Of a stretch of DNA of 64,000 bases, positions 1 to 14,500 are shown in pieces. The notes under the pieces were generated by a model. The model saw only the letters and a list, made by a program, of their open reading frames with translations. It was not told where the DNA came from and searched no databases. Position 1 is the first letter of the stretch, and each line of letters begins with the position of its first letter. The stretch is taken from the NCBI GenBank assembly GCA_002633005.1, contig NMRA01000710.1, forward strand, positions 58,065 through 122,064, given 5' to 3'. The translations under genes were made by a program, and so were the position numbers. The DNA is from Phoronis australis. Lineage: Eukaryota; Animalia; Phoronida.

Positions 1-287
1 CATAAACCAAAGTTACACCTAGCAACCCCGGCTCCCATGAGTGTACTTATTACTCCAATTAGATTTGCTTGCAGCGCTTGCCGGTAGTCGGTGATTACGT
101 CACTCCGCGACCGTTCCTGGTGACTGAAGACTATTGTCACTCCCACCTCAGGAGAACTGGGACTCATTATGGGAACAACTGTGCCTCAGCATAAGTGAAG
201 TAAAAGAGTTTTGCGGAATTCGAAAAGTTACTGACATGGTGGAATTATTGTAACATTAGAACTATTAATGGCAAACATGAACTAACA

Positions 288-332
288 GAGAGAGAGAGGG
301 AGAGGGAGAGGGAGAGGGAGAGGGAGAGAGGG
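288..332. repeat. (GAGAGG)n microsatellite
   Basis: Direct reading. Confidence 0.9.
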
Positions 333-1199
333 AACTCTCGTCCCTCAAGATGGCGCTAATCGGTTTAACTATTTGAGGCTTTGGCTCGGCTACCGCCCCA
401 CCTAGCGGCACGCAGGGAATCCAGAGTTTACCCGAGACGACAATCAACAGTCACTGTTAGCGTTTGGTAATACTGTTATTTTTTATTTTTTTTTCTTAAC
501 TGTATTTTTATCACCGTATTTTCATAAAAAGGCCTCACCGGCCTGGTTCACTAAAATTCAAATTAGTAAATGATATAAAGTAGCCCAAAAATTGCCCGTG
601 GCTTTCGACAGTTTCTTATATAAGATGTCTGCCTCCTCTAGGCAAAACTTCTGTGATTAGTCTGTTTTTCAAATTTTATAAATGGCGAGACTTCTATGGC
701 GATTGCATCCATTTTCTATGCAACGGATGTCTCAAACTCCACGGAATTACGAAGTTTTGAGTTCTTTTGTCCAGACTGTCAGGAGAGCTTCACCGCAAAG
801 GTCTGTCTAAATTCTATGTTGTTACATTTATTGCCGTAGCAGAAACATGAGTAACAGTTAGGCAACACGTAGCCCCTCGGTTGGCCGGTTAGGGGTTACA
901 ATACTTCCCATTGCTTTCTGTACGAATTTCGTCCTGTGTATTTTAAATGGGCGGTAGGCCAAATCCGGCCACCGATTGGGAGTTTTCACCTCACCAAAAA
1001 TACATTCACACTTAAAACTATCTCTTAACAAAGCGCTTACTTTCTTCAGTGGTCCTTTCTATGTCATCTACACATATCTTCGATGAAGCTTAGTTACGAG
1101 AATTAAGGCGACTTTGGCAAAGAATTCTCACCGTTAACTTTTTCACCACGCACGGGATAACCACAAAGTTAGTATTTCAACTGAGTCACATCTTGAGTT

Positions 1200-1370
1200 A
1201 GGCAAAGGCTAGCGCAAGACTGAGTGAAGCGCGTGACGCTGGCATGTGACATTTGCAAAATAGCATGGGAAGGTATCAGGTGAAATTTGTAAGATTTGTG
1301 TCCCGTGGACTTTTTATTCATCAACATGCATGATTTCACGTAACTTCCTCAAAAGGGCGCCCGGTGAGAG
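1200..1370 (+). promoter_or_regulatory. Candidate ABCB8 promoter/first-exon region within a CpG-rich 5' zone (~1-2100)
   Basis: CpG-rich compared with the CpG-poor gene body. Candidate starts are ATG 1265 (ATG GGA AG|gtatca, phase 2, matching the exon at 5588) and ATG 1330 (MISRNFLKRAP, g|gtgaga, phase 1, not matching). The true exon 1 cannot be resolved. Confidence 0.3.
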
Positions 1371-2419
1371 AAACTCAAGCAAACCACAACAGATTGTCTT
1401 CGATTTGTTCAAATTATCTTGACTGAATCATCTCCAGACTTATGGTATGTGTTAATTATAACTCCATGTGCATGTATGCATGTTTCATTTGATTTTATAT
1501 CGCGTATTTTGAAATTCGTAACTTTTTGAGGTGATGTACTATCGCCCCTGTATACCTGCATCATCCAGGGCGATGTAATTGCCTGTAACATAGTGACACT
1601 AACAATGTGTGAAGTAGACAGTGACCATGAAGTATTGCGTCATTTATTGGCCAGTTTCTTTTTTCGCCGATACTTCTATCAACTGTTGGTCTTTCACGAG
1701 GTTGCTTTCCAGTCACAAACAATAAATTATCTGAGCTGGTTTCACTTAAGTAATTAAAAGTTTTTAGAAATTTGATCCCAGCAAACCAAATTTCAGAACA
1801 AATTTTGCTGCTGTAAAGCTGTCATCATATCCCGAGAGATGTCTAAAAAAATTAAAAAAAAAACACGTGCGCGTGACACGAGTGTACTGCTTTCAAAACG
1901 TCGACATGCTTTTCATTGTTAGGAACGGCAGAGAATTAAGCAAGAAAATAACGTTTATTAGATTTGATTGTTCACTCCCAGGTTTTGCATGCACCCCTGC
2001 GGTCTTTGGCTCTACACGTTGTTACAAGTTTCATGGCGAGGTGAATAGCAGAACTACCAGAGCTGTGTGCAATTTCGAGGTCTGTCAGCGCTAAACACAC
2101 AGTGGTACCTGGCCGTATTTTTACAGTAGTCTTCATACTGGTTACTTTTGTGCATTGAGATACAACTTAGGTGGCCGTTGATGTCTTTAATTCCTCCCAA
2201 CTTGAACAAATATTTTGGTTATCAAACTTTTTCTTTGAGTATTCCTTCGTTCAGTTGGCCAAATCGTCAACTGGCCATTTATTTTTACACTGCACGCCCT
2301 CCTATTTTCACCCTGCCTGCAAGGAGTGCACTCAATGTTAAAAATGGCCAGTTGCTGATTTGGGCAACCAAATGGACTGCTCGAAGAAAAAGTTTGATTA
2401 TGGGAATATTTTTAAAGAT

Positions 2420-3020
2420 TTAGCTCACTGTCCGAGGTCAGCTGGATATGGTGGTCGCTGGCTACAGCGTCCACAGTCAGCTAGAGATAGTGGTCACTGT
2501 GTACACTGTCCAGGCTCAGCTAAAGATGTCTACACCGTCCACAGCCAGCTAGAGATAGTGGTCATTGTGTACACTGTCCAGGCTCAGCTAAAGATGTCTC
2601 CACCGTCCACAGCCAGCTAGAGATAGTGTTCACTGTGTACACTGTCCAGGCTCAGCTAAAGATGTCTACACTGTCCACAGTCAGCTAGAGATAGTGGTCA
2701 CTGTGTACACTGTCCAGGCTCAGCTGAAGATGTCAACACCGTCCACAGCCAGCTAGAGATGGTGGTCACTGTCTACGCTGAACAGGTTCAGCAGCTAAAG
2801 ATGTCTACACCGTCCACAGCCAGCTAGAAGTAGTGGCTGTCTACACTGTCCGTGGCCAGCTATAGACTGTAGTCAAAGTCTACAACCTCTGGGGCCAGCT
2901 AGAGATGCTGGTCATTGCCTACACTGTCCATGCCCAGCTAGAGACCCTGGTCACTGTCTACACAGTCTGGGGCCAGCTAGAGACGGTCGTCACTTTATAC
3001 CATCCGTGACCAGCTAGGGA
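2420..3020. repeat. Minisatellite with CAGCTAGAGATAGTGGTCACTGTGTACACTGTCC core, ~38/77-bp higher-order units
   Basis: Direct reading; decays toward the 3' end. Confidence 0.85.
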
Positions 3021-4244
3021 GGGTGGGCACTTTCTAAGTCTGAAGTGCCAAGTGCTGTCCACTCAAAGATTTGCCCCAGAACTAGTTACTTCTGGAACAA
3101 GCTTTTGCTTGGTTGAAAGGCTGCGTGGATGCTATTTAAAATAGTGTAACTTGGCCTACTTGTGACAACTTACTCCACCTTATTGAGGAAAAGTAATGTC
3201 TTGCCCTGGGATAACTTGTGCCACTTCTGTGTGTTCACAAACCTGGGGCAAGGCAGAAGTAGTTATCACCTGAGGTTGCATACTGACGGTTCTTCTTTTG
3301 TGTGCCATATTGGCATCAGCTGTTCATTGTTGTATAGAGATTGACGAATTCAGCCTTGCCCTTGTAGTTATGGTATATATATATGTGTGCATGGACGGTC
3401 CACTTAAAGTGTGACAAATTGGAGCTTGTTGTTCTAGGGTAAGTATTGCTGTCGGCATAGGCAGTTACATTGCAGGCATACACTGGCGACATTATACCCT
3501 CGTATAAAGTAATGTCAAAATACAATGAATAACATCGAATAAAGTATACGTACGTAAATTGAGTTATAATTAAGTCATACCATGACTCTGGAGACAATTT
3601 AGTCAAAATAATTTGAACATATCCATGACAATCTCTCTCGGTTAACTAAATCTTCCTTCACCGGGTGCCATTTTGAGGAAGTTACACGAAATCATGCCTG
3701 TGGATGTACAAAAAGTCCAAGAGACACAAATGTCACAAATTCCTCCAGACATCTTGCCATGCTACATTTTCATATGTCACATGCCTGGACAATTGTCCTT
3801 CACTCAGTCTCACGCTAGTCCTTGTCTAACTCATGTACAGAACCAGAAAGGTCTCTGAAGAAAATAAGCGCTTTTTCAAGTGACAAGTTTAGTGTTAGTA
3901 ACAAATATTTTTTACGAGATGAAAAGCTCTTATTTGTTGAGCAGATTTGGCCTACTGCTTGTTTAAAATGACATGGTATGAAATGAACACTAAGACCGAT
4001 GGGGAGTGTTGTAGCCCTTAGCCTGTCAGCTGAGGGGCTATGTGTTGTCTACTGTCGGCCTGAGCTAGGGGAGCCAAAATTTGTTATGCCCACAAGTGTG
4101 GAGTTGGCTTTGGACATGGACAATTTTTTGTCTGTTGTGGAGTTGATAAGGGACATGAAATTTTCTTGCGCAATATGCCTCACTGAAGCTTGGAGTTGCT
4201 GAGTGGACGGGTGGACTGTACCACTGCCAGCGGTACTGCCAGAA

Positions 4245-4445
4245 CCGCCTCTACTGGGGTCAGTCGAGCCATCCCATAAGACCACCACCTCTACTAGGGT
4301 CAGTTGAGTCATCCCTTAGGAACACCTCTGCTGGGGTCAGTTGAGCCACTCCATAGTACCACTGTCTTTACTGGGGTCAGTGGAGACATCCCATAAGACC
4401 ACCATCTCTACTGGGGTCAGTTGAGCCATCCCATAGTACCACCAT
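4245..4445. repeat. ~39-bp minisatellite (CTACTGGGGTCAGTTGAGCCATCCCATA...), about 5 copies
   Basis: Direct reading. Confidence 0.8.
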
Positions 4446-4709
4446 AAACTGGAAGATTTTGGCCAATGTTTCCACCCACTGATTAAGTAGACCATCAAAC
4501 TTATGTTGAGCATAAGTACCTGTTGCACATAGAGAGACACCTTAGATGGCCGTTGATGTCTTTAACTCTTCCTAGTGTCAGCAATGTAAAAATGACCAGC
4601 TGCTAATTTGGACAACTGAACGGAGGACTGTTCAAAATATTTTGATTGTGGCAGGGATAACATAGAATCAAATACTTGGGCAACACATCTTGCGCATGAG
4701 CCACCTGTC

Positions 4710-5015
4710 AACCTCTGAATCATGCACGGAAACCCATGAATCGTGTGTACGCACCCAAAAATTATGCATCCAAATAAAAATCAAACACACGAACCACAAA
4801 AATCAAACACACAAACACAAATCCCACACATGATCATTCAAAACATTTGCATGAATCACCAAATGATAAAGTGTTCATGTGTGTGATTTGATGCTTGTGT
4901 GTATGAATTTGTGTTCATGTGATATTTGAGGTTCGTGTGCATGATTTTTGTTTGTATGTGTAATTTTTGGGTTTGTGTGCATGATTCATGGGTTCGTATG
5001 CATGATTCATAGGTT
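4710..5015. repeat. Imperfect ~300-bp fold-back (MITE-like palindrome)
   Basis: AACCTCTGAATCATGCACGGAAACCCATGAATC... pairs with ...GATTCATGGGTTCGTATGCATGATTCATAGGTT; an AC-rich left arm mirrors a GT-rich right arm. Confidence 0.7.
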
Positions 5016-5587
5016 TGTAAGTGGTTCGTGTGTATGATGTGATACTCGTGTGTATGCATCTATGGTACCCCTGTGTGGGAGTTGTTTGTGCGAGCTGGGA
5101 TAAGTTAATGACATCACCGTCCTCCTATGGTGTCATTCTATGGTCATAAGACACTTATATCAACAGGACTTTGATGGTTTAATCAGTGTGAGGCTTAATT
5201 CACGAAAAGCCTTTTGCGTATGTATGCACGATAGAATGTCTACAGTGTCTCCTGGGGCCAGTTGAAACAGTGGTATGCTGTCTAGTAGAGGGAGGGGGAA
5301 AGGCTTGAATTGTTTTAATTGCTGTTACGTTGTTACAAGTGGTACGTAAGCAAAAAGACTTTGGTGTCTGACCAAGTACTTGACTTGACCAGTCAAAGGC
5401 TGACTGCCTCTAACTGGCATTAGACCGACTGTGTGTGTGTGTGTGAGGCCAAAATGTCACTGGGTTAAGCAGTTTTCTTTATTGTGGTGGTCGAAACTTT
5501 GCAGGAAGTATGGTGCTTTATTGAAACCTAGGAAGCTAGGTCCATTTTCAAAGAACATGGTGTTAAAGTGAGTGATTCTATTTTCAG

Positions 5588-8500
5588 ATGTTTTACTAAA
5601 GGTTCTCAAGCCTCAGAATACAACATTTGTCTTGGCCAAAAATGGAAACAGATATTGGTTCGGAACTGTCGAGAACTTTTATTGAAGCGGAATGCAGGAT
5701 GGTCGGGCACATTACTACATCGATCTGTTCTAACTTGCCTTCCACTTATAGGAATCACTCTTTATGGATTCAGGCCTGTGTTATGTCACAGTGAGCAAAA
5801 CCGTTTAGTTGGACAGAAAGACATTGCATGCACTACAGATACAACATTTGATTGGAAGACATTTATTAAGTTTGTGCTCCCTGATGTCTGGTACCTGCTG
5901 ATAGCTATTGCTGTAAGTGATACTGAGTATCTTCAATGGCATTATGTATTGATCATTGCCACTCAGTCTCATCACAGTGACTATGTTCATTGTGTCACTC
6001 TTGTCTCATCATAGTAAGGTTGGGTGACTGTGTTCATTGTGTCACACCTGACTCATCATAGTAAAGTTGAATGACTATGTTTATTGTGTCACTCCTGTCT
6101 CATCATAGTAAGGTTGGGTGACTGTGTTCATTGTGTTACTCCTGTCTCATAGGAAGGTTGGGCGACTGTTTTCATTGTGTCACTCCTCTGTCATCATGGT
6201 AAGGTTGGGTGACTGTGTTCATTGTATGCAAGCTTACATTAATATTCTGCAAGTCCTTTGACAGTTCTTCTGTTTTCACATTGATTTGTTTGTAGCAAAC
6301 TTTGGTTTCAACATCAAGTATCTTTAAAGTCCTTGAAGAAATGCTGTACTTTCAGTGCTGTGTATACAAACACCCGATTTTTCATTTTGAACAGCCATGC
6401 TCAGTTTAGTCTCGTCTCAAGCCTTAAGATGGCGGTGGTGGGTTTAATTATTTGAGGCTTGGTGAAGAGAAACTTAGTTGGCAGGATTCTGACTAGTTTT
6501 TATGGAAATCTCCAGAATATCATTAGCGATGTGAAGTTATATGAACTCTGAATGACACAATATTACAATGAGTGATATTTATGTAGCGATTGAGTTTTAG
6601 ATCATTAACAGTAATTAAATTATACAATAATCACAATGGGTGGTATTAATTCAGCAATCTAGGTTTAGATCAGAAAAAATAATGTGTTTCATTTCAAAAG
6701 CAGTGTTGCTTTGAAACAACAAATTGACAACAAGTACACGAACACATTTTATTTCAAATAATAACCAAAGTAGTTCCTTCTGCTTCTGAATCACAACACC
6801 TGTGAAAATAGTTGAAATCTGGGATTTGATTTAGTTTTTGGGAAAAAAGTACTCAAATTTATCATATGAAAGAAGTAAGAAGAAGAATGTTCACGATGTT
6901 GGAGTGAAGACTCCTAATGCACTGCTCCCCCTGGTGGATAAATATTTATCTATTCAGAGATTCGTATTGGATAAATATCTATTCAGAGATTCGTACTGGA
7001 AGGTTTTTTGTGTTGCTCTTGTCAGTGAATGTCATCTATGGCCAATCAGCACACACAAGGGATATTTCCTCACTAACCCTCAAATGGCTAAACCAATCAT
7101 CTTGAGGCTTGGGGATGAGGCTGTGCTCCCTTTTAAGCAGCCCCCCTCATTTCATAGTAATGTAATCGACTTCCTTTGATAGTGTGTTTTGCATGCTTCT
7201 CATCAGAATTTTGTTTCCCAAAATTGCATACAGTTCACAACTGTGTTACAAACAGACAGTTGGGCAGTGAAATATCCATTTTACTTCATGTTTGTGAAAT
7301 GATTCTTAATTGACCTGTGCTCACCCAAATATTGCATTCTAATTCTGTGAGCAAAAATGGTGACAGTATTTGTATAAAGAATTTTCTTACTATATTATTC
7401 AATCTGTGTTTGTTCCTTTTTTCTAGAGTGCCATGATTGTTGCTGTTCTCAACATACACATTCCTCTAGTGCTTGGTGAAGTTATCAACACATTAAGTAA
7501 CTTGAAGAATGAGGATGGAGCTGAGGTGATGAGTCAGTTGAAACAGCCTGCTCTCAAACTGCTCTCTATGTATGGTACGCAGGTATGCTGTTATATTTAT
7601 CTCAAACTGCTCTCTGTGTATGGTGCGCAGGTATAGTGTATTGTATTTATCTCAAACTGCTCTCTATGTATGGTGCTCAGGTATGCTGTTATATTTATCT
7701 CAAACTGCTCTCTGTGTATGGTGCGTAGGTATGGTGTAAGTATTTATCTCAAACAGCTCTCTATGTATGGTGCGCAGGTATGGTGCGCTGGTATGGTGTT
7801 ATATATTTATTTCAAACTGCTCTCTATGTATGGTGCGCAGGTTTAGTGTAAGTGTTTATCTCAAACTGATCTACATGTATGGTGCACAGGTATGGTGTTG
7901 TATTGATCTCAAACTGTTCTCTAGGTATGGTGCGCAGGTATAGTGTTTTATTTATCTGTGGCTTTTCTCTATGTATGGTACACTGGTATATTATTGTATT
8001 TATCTGAGACTGTTCTCTATGTATGGTGCACAAGGCATTGTGTTAAAACAGAAGGAAATCACAACATTAATTACATAAAATTCTAAACTTCACACACCAA
8101 TTGGACGTAGTGGCAGTGAATTGCAGATTGTTAATGAAAAGTAAATGTTTTTTGCTGTTGTTGTAGCCTTCTCTCTAACATACTTTGTTAAAGGTGTTTG
8201 TACTGCACTGTCCTTCAGCAACATACAAACAATTTCAAAGTTAAATGCAGATACATCAAATTATATGTAACCATTTGCGGATATAATAGGTCACCACAAG
8301 GGAACAGCATACAAAGAATGACTGATTAGACTATGTTGAACATCGGTTTTGAACAGTCACATGGAACACTTTACAGAGGGTAGAATGACTGATAATGCTA
8401 TAGATATTGAACATTTGTGTTGAGCAATCACTCAAAACTTTACAAGGTAGAATGACTGACTGAGCTCTATTGAAAATAGGTATTGAACAGTCACATGAAA

Positions 8501-11500
8501 CACTTTACAACATAGAATGACTGATTGGGCTATATTGAATATTAGTATTGAGCAGTCGCACGAAACACTAATTTCAGCATAGAATGATTTGATTAAACTG
8601 TATTGAACATTTTATTTGAATATTTGTATGAAGCTTCTGTTGAAGTTTGTACTTGGTGCTGGTGCCAAAGTAGTGAGTGTGTTGTATGTAATGTATGAGT
8701 AAATGGTGGTTCTCTGGTTGACTTAGATGGAAGTCTGATATGTAATGTATAAGTAAATGGTGGTTCTCGGGTTGACTTAGATGGAAGTCTGACAATGAGT
8801 TTAACTAATGTTTAACATTTGACAGTTTATGACTTCAGTGTTGTTAGAGTGAAACTTTTAGACTATTGCTATGGCTAAATTTATAAGTGTTCTGGTTCAA
8901 TGTAGGCCATTTGCAGAATTTATGATTCCTTATCTGCTAAAGAGGACTGTGGGCCTAGGGCAAATGCCCTCCAATACTGTTTGCAAGATCAAAATTGTAA
9001 TCGGTTATTGTCAATGTCTACCAGGGTCTGCTGACATGTGCCTACATCTGGATGCTATCATGCACTGGTGAGAGAGTTGCAGCTAGAATGCGTAAAGCAC
9101 TCTTCTCCAACCTACTTCAACAGGATGTCGAATTCTTTGACAAAAATAAAGTGGGCGAGCTTATCAACAGGTTGGTCTCCGTGTTCATTGTAGTGAGCAT
9201 TCATTTTTTCTCATTCAAGCTGCTTGCTGGTCAAACTGGGGTACTGAAACATTTTGTACGTGGATGGCAGGAATGTTCATCATTTTTGTTAAGGATGTGA
9301 TCAATAGTTGGCATATGAAGCATTAAGGAAATCTTATTCACAAAATTTTTACATTTCACATGACTTGTCTTGCAAAATACTTTATTTTCAATCTCGGGGA
9401 ACTTCAAATATCAGAGTAGCGAGAAAAAAAGATTTTGCTGAACCACCTTGGAACCGCACAAACTCGTGTATATTTGCTTACTACTTATCCGAGGTCAAAG
9501 GTCACTCAACTCGAATCTCCCGCCAGGTACAGAGCAGTTTCGTATGTACGTGCATGCGACCGTTGAGAATGAATGCTACAAGTCGCCTCATGCCTCTGTG
9601 GTCATGAACACAGCAAGTTATGAAAAGAGATAATCCTCACACAAATTCCTTAATTCAAATAAGTGATTTGACATTTCACTATTTCGATCTCATGCTTGCG
9701 ACATGCTTTAACCATGCTTTAACTTGATATTTGTAATCCATTTCTTACTTACATGAAAATAATCGCAGGCGGTCTGTTACACCTTGTAAGAGACATGCGC
9801 AGGCCGTACATGCGGGCCCATTGTACTAATCACTTGGAACAATTTTTCTGCTTTATTAATATACCGGTATAGTTAAAACCGAGCTGAAGAGCTAGAGACC
9901 TGACTCAAGGGTTTAGCAGTGTGGCCCAGTGGGACTCGAACCCACGACCTCAAGTAAAGAAGGCAAACACCTAACACATCAGGCCACACTGCCTCCTCCC
10001 ATTCCTTACTTGGTTTCATGTCTGTCTCCTGGCATGTGATGTGTACAGATTATGTTAATAACAATGAACTTTGACCTACTTTTAAGTAGGTCACCGTTGG
10101 TCAACCCTCATGCCTAGTTTTGCAGTATTGTTACAAAAATGAATACTTTTATTTTTCACAAATATTGCTTACGTTTTGCGATTTGATTTGTCATAGATAC
10201 AAAATGAGAGGATTAATCAAAAATTCGTAATAGTATTTCTGAGGTAACTGGTGAAGCTATCATTTAAAAAAGTTTTGATTGAAATCGACTGAGGGGTTAA
10301 TTTGCTATGAATGTACCTTAAGTTTCTTGAAAATAAAATTTTGACTTAAAAAGGTGTTAACTTAATAATAATAATAATAATAATTATGGTACATAATTAC
10401 AAAACATATCTTTTTTCCTGTAGAAAATATATACTTTTACTAGTCAACACAGCTTCGTTTTCTTGAGGTACGAGTTAGAATGGAGGCCACTTAATAAGTT
10501 TGGAGATAACCTTAATATGCTATGTGTTGCTCTATTAAGCCTCAAATTTATGAGTCATGTAACCTAGTGGTGGTCTTCATAAGTTGAGACTCTGGATAGA
10601 AAGCTAAAGATTCCAATGTCAAGGTCAGGAAAGAGTCTGTTGACTTCATGGACAAAATGGAGGTTTTTAGTCACTTTCATATTTGAATATATGTGCATCG
10701 CCAGTTGTGTTATGCACAGGATGCATACTGTCACAACAACACAGTGAAAACTTTGAAGGAAGCCAGAATCCTTATGCACCAGTCAGCTTAAGCTAAGCAT
10801 TAACATTTCAGGTCGCAATAAAAAAATCATCGCCTAAAGTAACATACTCTGTCTCACAGATTCCCAAATTGAAAATTACTGTAAACAGTCCTACATATTA
10901 TTTGTTACGTTAGTTGGCATTTTGAATCACAATTCGCAGTATGTGTCCTATACCTCCAGAATTGAGTAAAATTTTAGTAGTTGATAATCAAAATTGTGTA
11001 CATTTTTATCTCCATTTTTTCAGACTGACCACCGACGTTCAGGATTTCAAGAGTTCATTCAAGTTGTGCATCTCTCAGGGCTTAAGAGCAGTCACCCAGG
11101 TTCAGTGTGTTTAATTAATATTTACATGCTACCAACTCATTGTATCAGTTAGCTTGTGTCAGAACACGATAGCTGCTCCTTGACTCCACAACTGTGTATC
11201 ATATATCTGTAGTTGGTTTATTGGTTCATGCATGTTTACAGCTTTCTCATTGGCTGTACTTCGGGAGCAAGTTTTTGAATATGCAAAATTGATTGAGCAC
11301 TTTATTTTCTGTTGAAAGTAGAGTTTTATTCCAAAGATATGAACATAACGGAATGAAAACTGTGAACAATAAAAAGTGTCGTGTGTTCAATCAATTCAGC
11401 TCTCTCATTCCACAATTGTGTATCATTTAGGTACTATACAAGACAAGAAAATAATCAGACAAAATACCATTTTCTTGTCATGGTCACTAAATTGTGTTAT

Positions 11501-14500
11501 TAGAAAACTGGCAATATCTATTAGAGTGGCAAAATTCTATATTACAAAATTGCTAACACCTACCAAACTTGTGTTGTGTGCTAACAGTTAACAAGCTCAT
11601 TGTATTGGTGCTCATATACTGACTACCTGTTGTAGCTGGTTACATTTTTCACATTTTTTATATTTTTCACATTAAAGTCAATTTTCACCACAGCATTAGG
11701 AAAACGTGTGTTTGATAAATTTTGCTTGTCTATATGTGGCAACCCTTTTACTGCGTTCTATCACTTTGAAATTAAGTGTTCATGTTCGTCTAAAAGTAAC
11801 GCGATAATCTAAAAGTGTTTAAAACCACTACTACTGGCTGTGGTGTATCGCAGCTTGTTATTTGTCTTCAACTCATGGCTGTGTTGCATCACTGCTTGTT
11901 ATTTGTCTTCAGACTACTTGCTGTGTCGTAGGCTGTGTTGTATCACTACTTGTTATATGTGTTCAGACTACTGGCTGTATTGTGTCACTGCTTGTTATTT
12001 GTCTTCAGACCCCTGGTTGTGTTGTATCACTGCTTTTTAGTTGTCTTCAGTCTACTGGTGTGTTGTATCACTGCTTGTTATTTGTCTTCAGACTACTGGC
12101 TGTGTTGTATCACTGCTTGTTATTTGTCTTCAGACTGCTGGCTGTGTTATGTCACTGCTTGTTATTTGTCTTCAGTCTGCTGGTGTGTTGTATCACTGCT
12201 TGTTATTTGTCTTCAGGCTACTGGCTGTGTTGTTTCACTGCTTGTTATTTGTCTTCAGACTGCTGGCTGTGTTATGTCACTGCTTGTTATTTGTCTTCAG
12301 TCTACTGGTGTGTTGTATCACTGCTTGTTATTTGTCTTCAGTCTACTGGCTGTGTTGTATCATTGGTTGTTATTTGTCTTCAGACTACTGGCTGTGTTGT
12401 ATCATTGCTTGTCATTTCTCCACGTTTGACGGTTGTCATGATGGTGGTCTTGCCCACGGTGATTCTGATTGGCTCGTTGATGGGCAGTCAGTTACGCAGA
12501 ATGTCAAAGGAAGCATCCAATCAGGTATTTTTAGTTCTTGTCTGTATCTTGATTCATTTTTGAACATGCAAAATATTGAGTAGTGTACACTCTCATCATG
12601 AAGCTTTCATTTAGTGTTTGAAGATGACTGATTTACTATTATGTATTCCACTTATTCAACTTATAATACTTACTAAACGTAATTACCCTCAAATTTATTC
12701 ATAGCTAAATTGCACAAAGTCATTTTTCATCATGTTACACAGTGCCTAAATGATGGTAGATAATGACTACATGGTATTGCACAGTGACTTCATGATGTTA
12801 CAAGGACAGCAAGATACTTGATGTGATGCTACACGGGAATGATGACATTACAGTCAGGGACTATGTGATGTTATACAGTGACTACATGATGTTACACACA
12901 GACTACATGATGTTACATGGTGACTATGTGATGTTACACAGTCAGGGACTGTGTGATGTTACACAGGGATTACACGATGTTCCACTGTGACTACATGGTA
13001 TTACACTGTGACTGTGACAGTGTTTTTACAATGTAGTTGAATGATGTGAATGCATTCTGTTGTAGATAGCCAAGTCTACCTCTGTTGCTGATGAAGCTTT
13101 AGGTAATGTCCGCACAGTCAGGGCATTTGCTATGGAAATCAAGGAAATTGAGTGAGTACTAACAAGACTTTTCCTTAAAGACAAGACATGTTGTAATTTG
13201 GATATTTGTGTTTACTGAACCTAGTTTGTGTCGTATATGTTTGCTGTGAGGATACTGATGTTTTGCAAGTCATTCGAGTAGCCTTCACTGGAAAGTGATT
13301 GTGGAGTTACTCAGATTCCTGATATGTCTCATTACTGATCACCATTGTTGATCGTGCCTCAGTGCTCATCTCTATTGTGGATCATGTCTGTCTAATGATC
13401 ACCATTGTTGATCATGTCTCACTACTGATCACCATTGCTGATTATGCTTCACTACTGATCTCTGTTGTTGATCATTTCTCACTGCTGATCACCATTGTGG
13501 ATCTTGTCTCACTACTGATCACCATTGCTGATTATGCTTCACTTCTGATCTCTGTTGTTGATCATTTCTCACTGCTGATCACCATTGCTGATCATGCCTC
13601 ATTACTGATCTCTATTGTTGATCATGTCCCACTACTGAATACCTTTCGCTGATCATGTATCATCATCGTTGATCATTTCTCACTGCTGATAGCCATTGTT
13701 GATCATGTCTCACTACTAATCATCATTGTTGATCATTTCTCACTAATGATCGCCATTGTTGATCATGTTTCATTGCCTCCTACTCACCTGCCATTGTGGC
13801 AATTTGTGGTTGAAGTTAATTGGTTGATATATTGTTTTTCTTGGAAAAAAATGGTATTGATATGTCATTTTCGAGACCGGAATTTGTGATTAATATGATT
13901 GGATATGCGTAAGATTGCTCATAAAATTATCTTGATATTGCTTCAACTATGATGTTTAACATCCACAGGATAAAAGTAAACTGTTCATTTTCACAGGTTG
14001 TATAACAGTGAAGTAGACAAAGGCTGCTATCTTAGTGAAAAGTTGGGCTTTGGAATTGGTGTCTTCCAGGGGCTCTCTAATTGTTTTCTGAACTGTAAGT
14101 GTCAGTTGACTGTTGTATGCAGCAGTGATAATTAACAGGGCTGTCTATTGTTTGGTACACAACTATCTGTGAATTGGTGTGAGTGTGATTAAATCTGTTT
14201 AAAACACAGATGTGCATGGGCTGTGGCACCACTAGCACATGAGTGTCGTGTTCATGTTAATTAGGCACACAACTCTACATGGGCTGTGTCACCACTAATG
14301 CATTAGTGTCCAGGTCATGTTAACTAGGCACACAACTCTACATGGGCTGTGTCACCACTAATGCATTAGTGTCCAGGTCATGTTAACTAGGCACACAACT
14401 CTACATGGGCTGTGTCACCACTAATGCATTAGTGTCCAGGTCATGTTAACTAGGCACACAACTGGACATGGGCTCTGGCACTACGTGATTTCATTCACCT

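Noticed and set aside
5505-5567. Extra ABCB8 exon (ttgcag|...|gtgagt) before 5588
   Set aside because: It would leave a 20-nt intron, too short to splice; it cannot be placed without RNA data.
9916-9992. Functional tRNA gene
   Set aside because: A and B boxes are present, but there is no clean anticodon arm and a CORE-like sequence follows; best read as a SINE head.
11840-12583. Long Cys-rich or hydrophobic ORFs in all three frames (up to 233 aa)
   Set aside because: They are translations of the 41-42-bp acceptor repeat; only 12384-12524 is ABCB8 coding.
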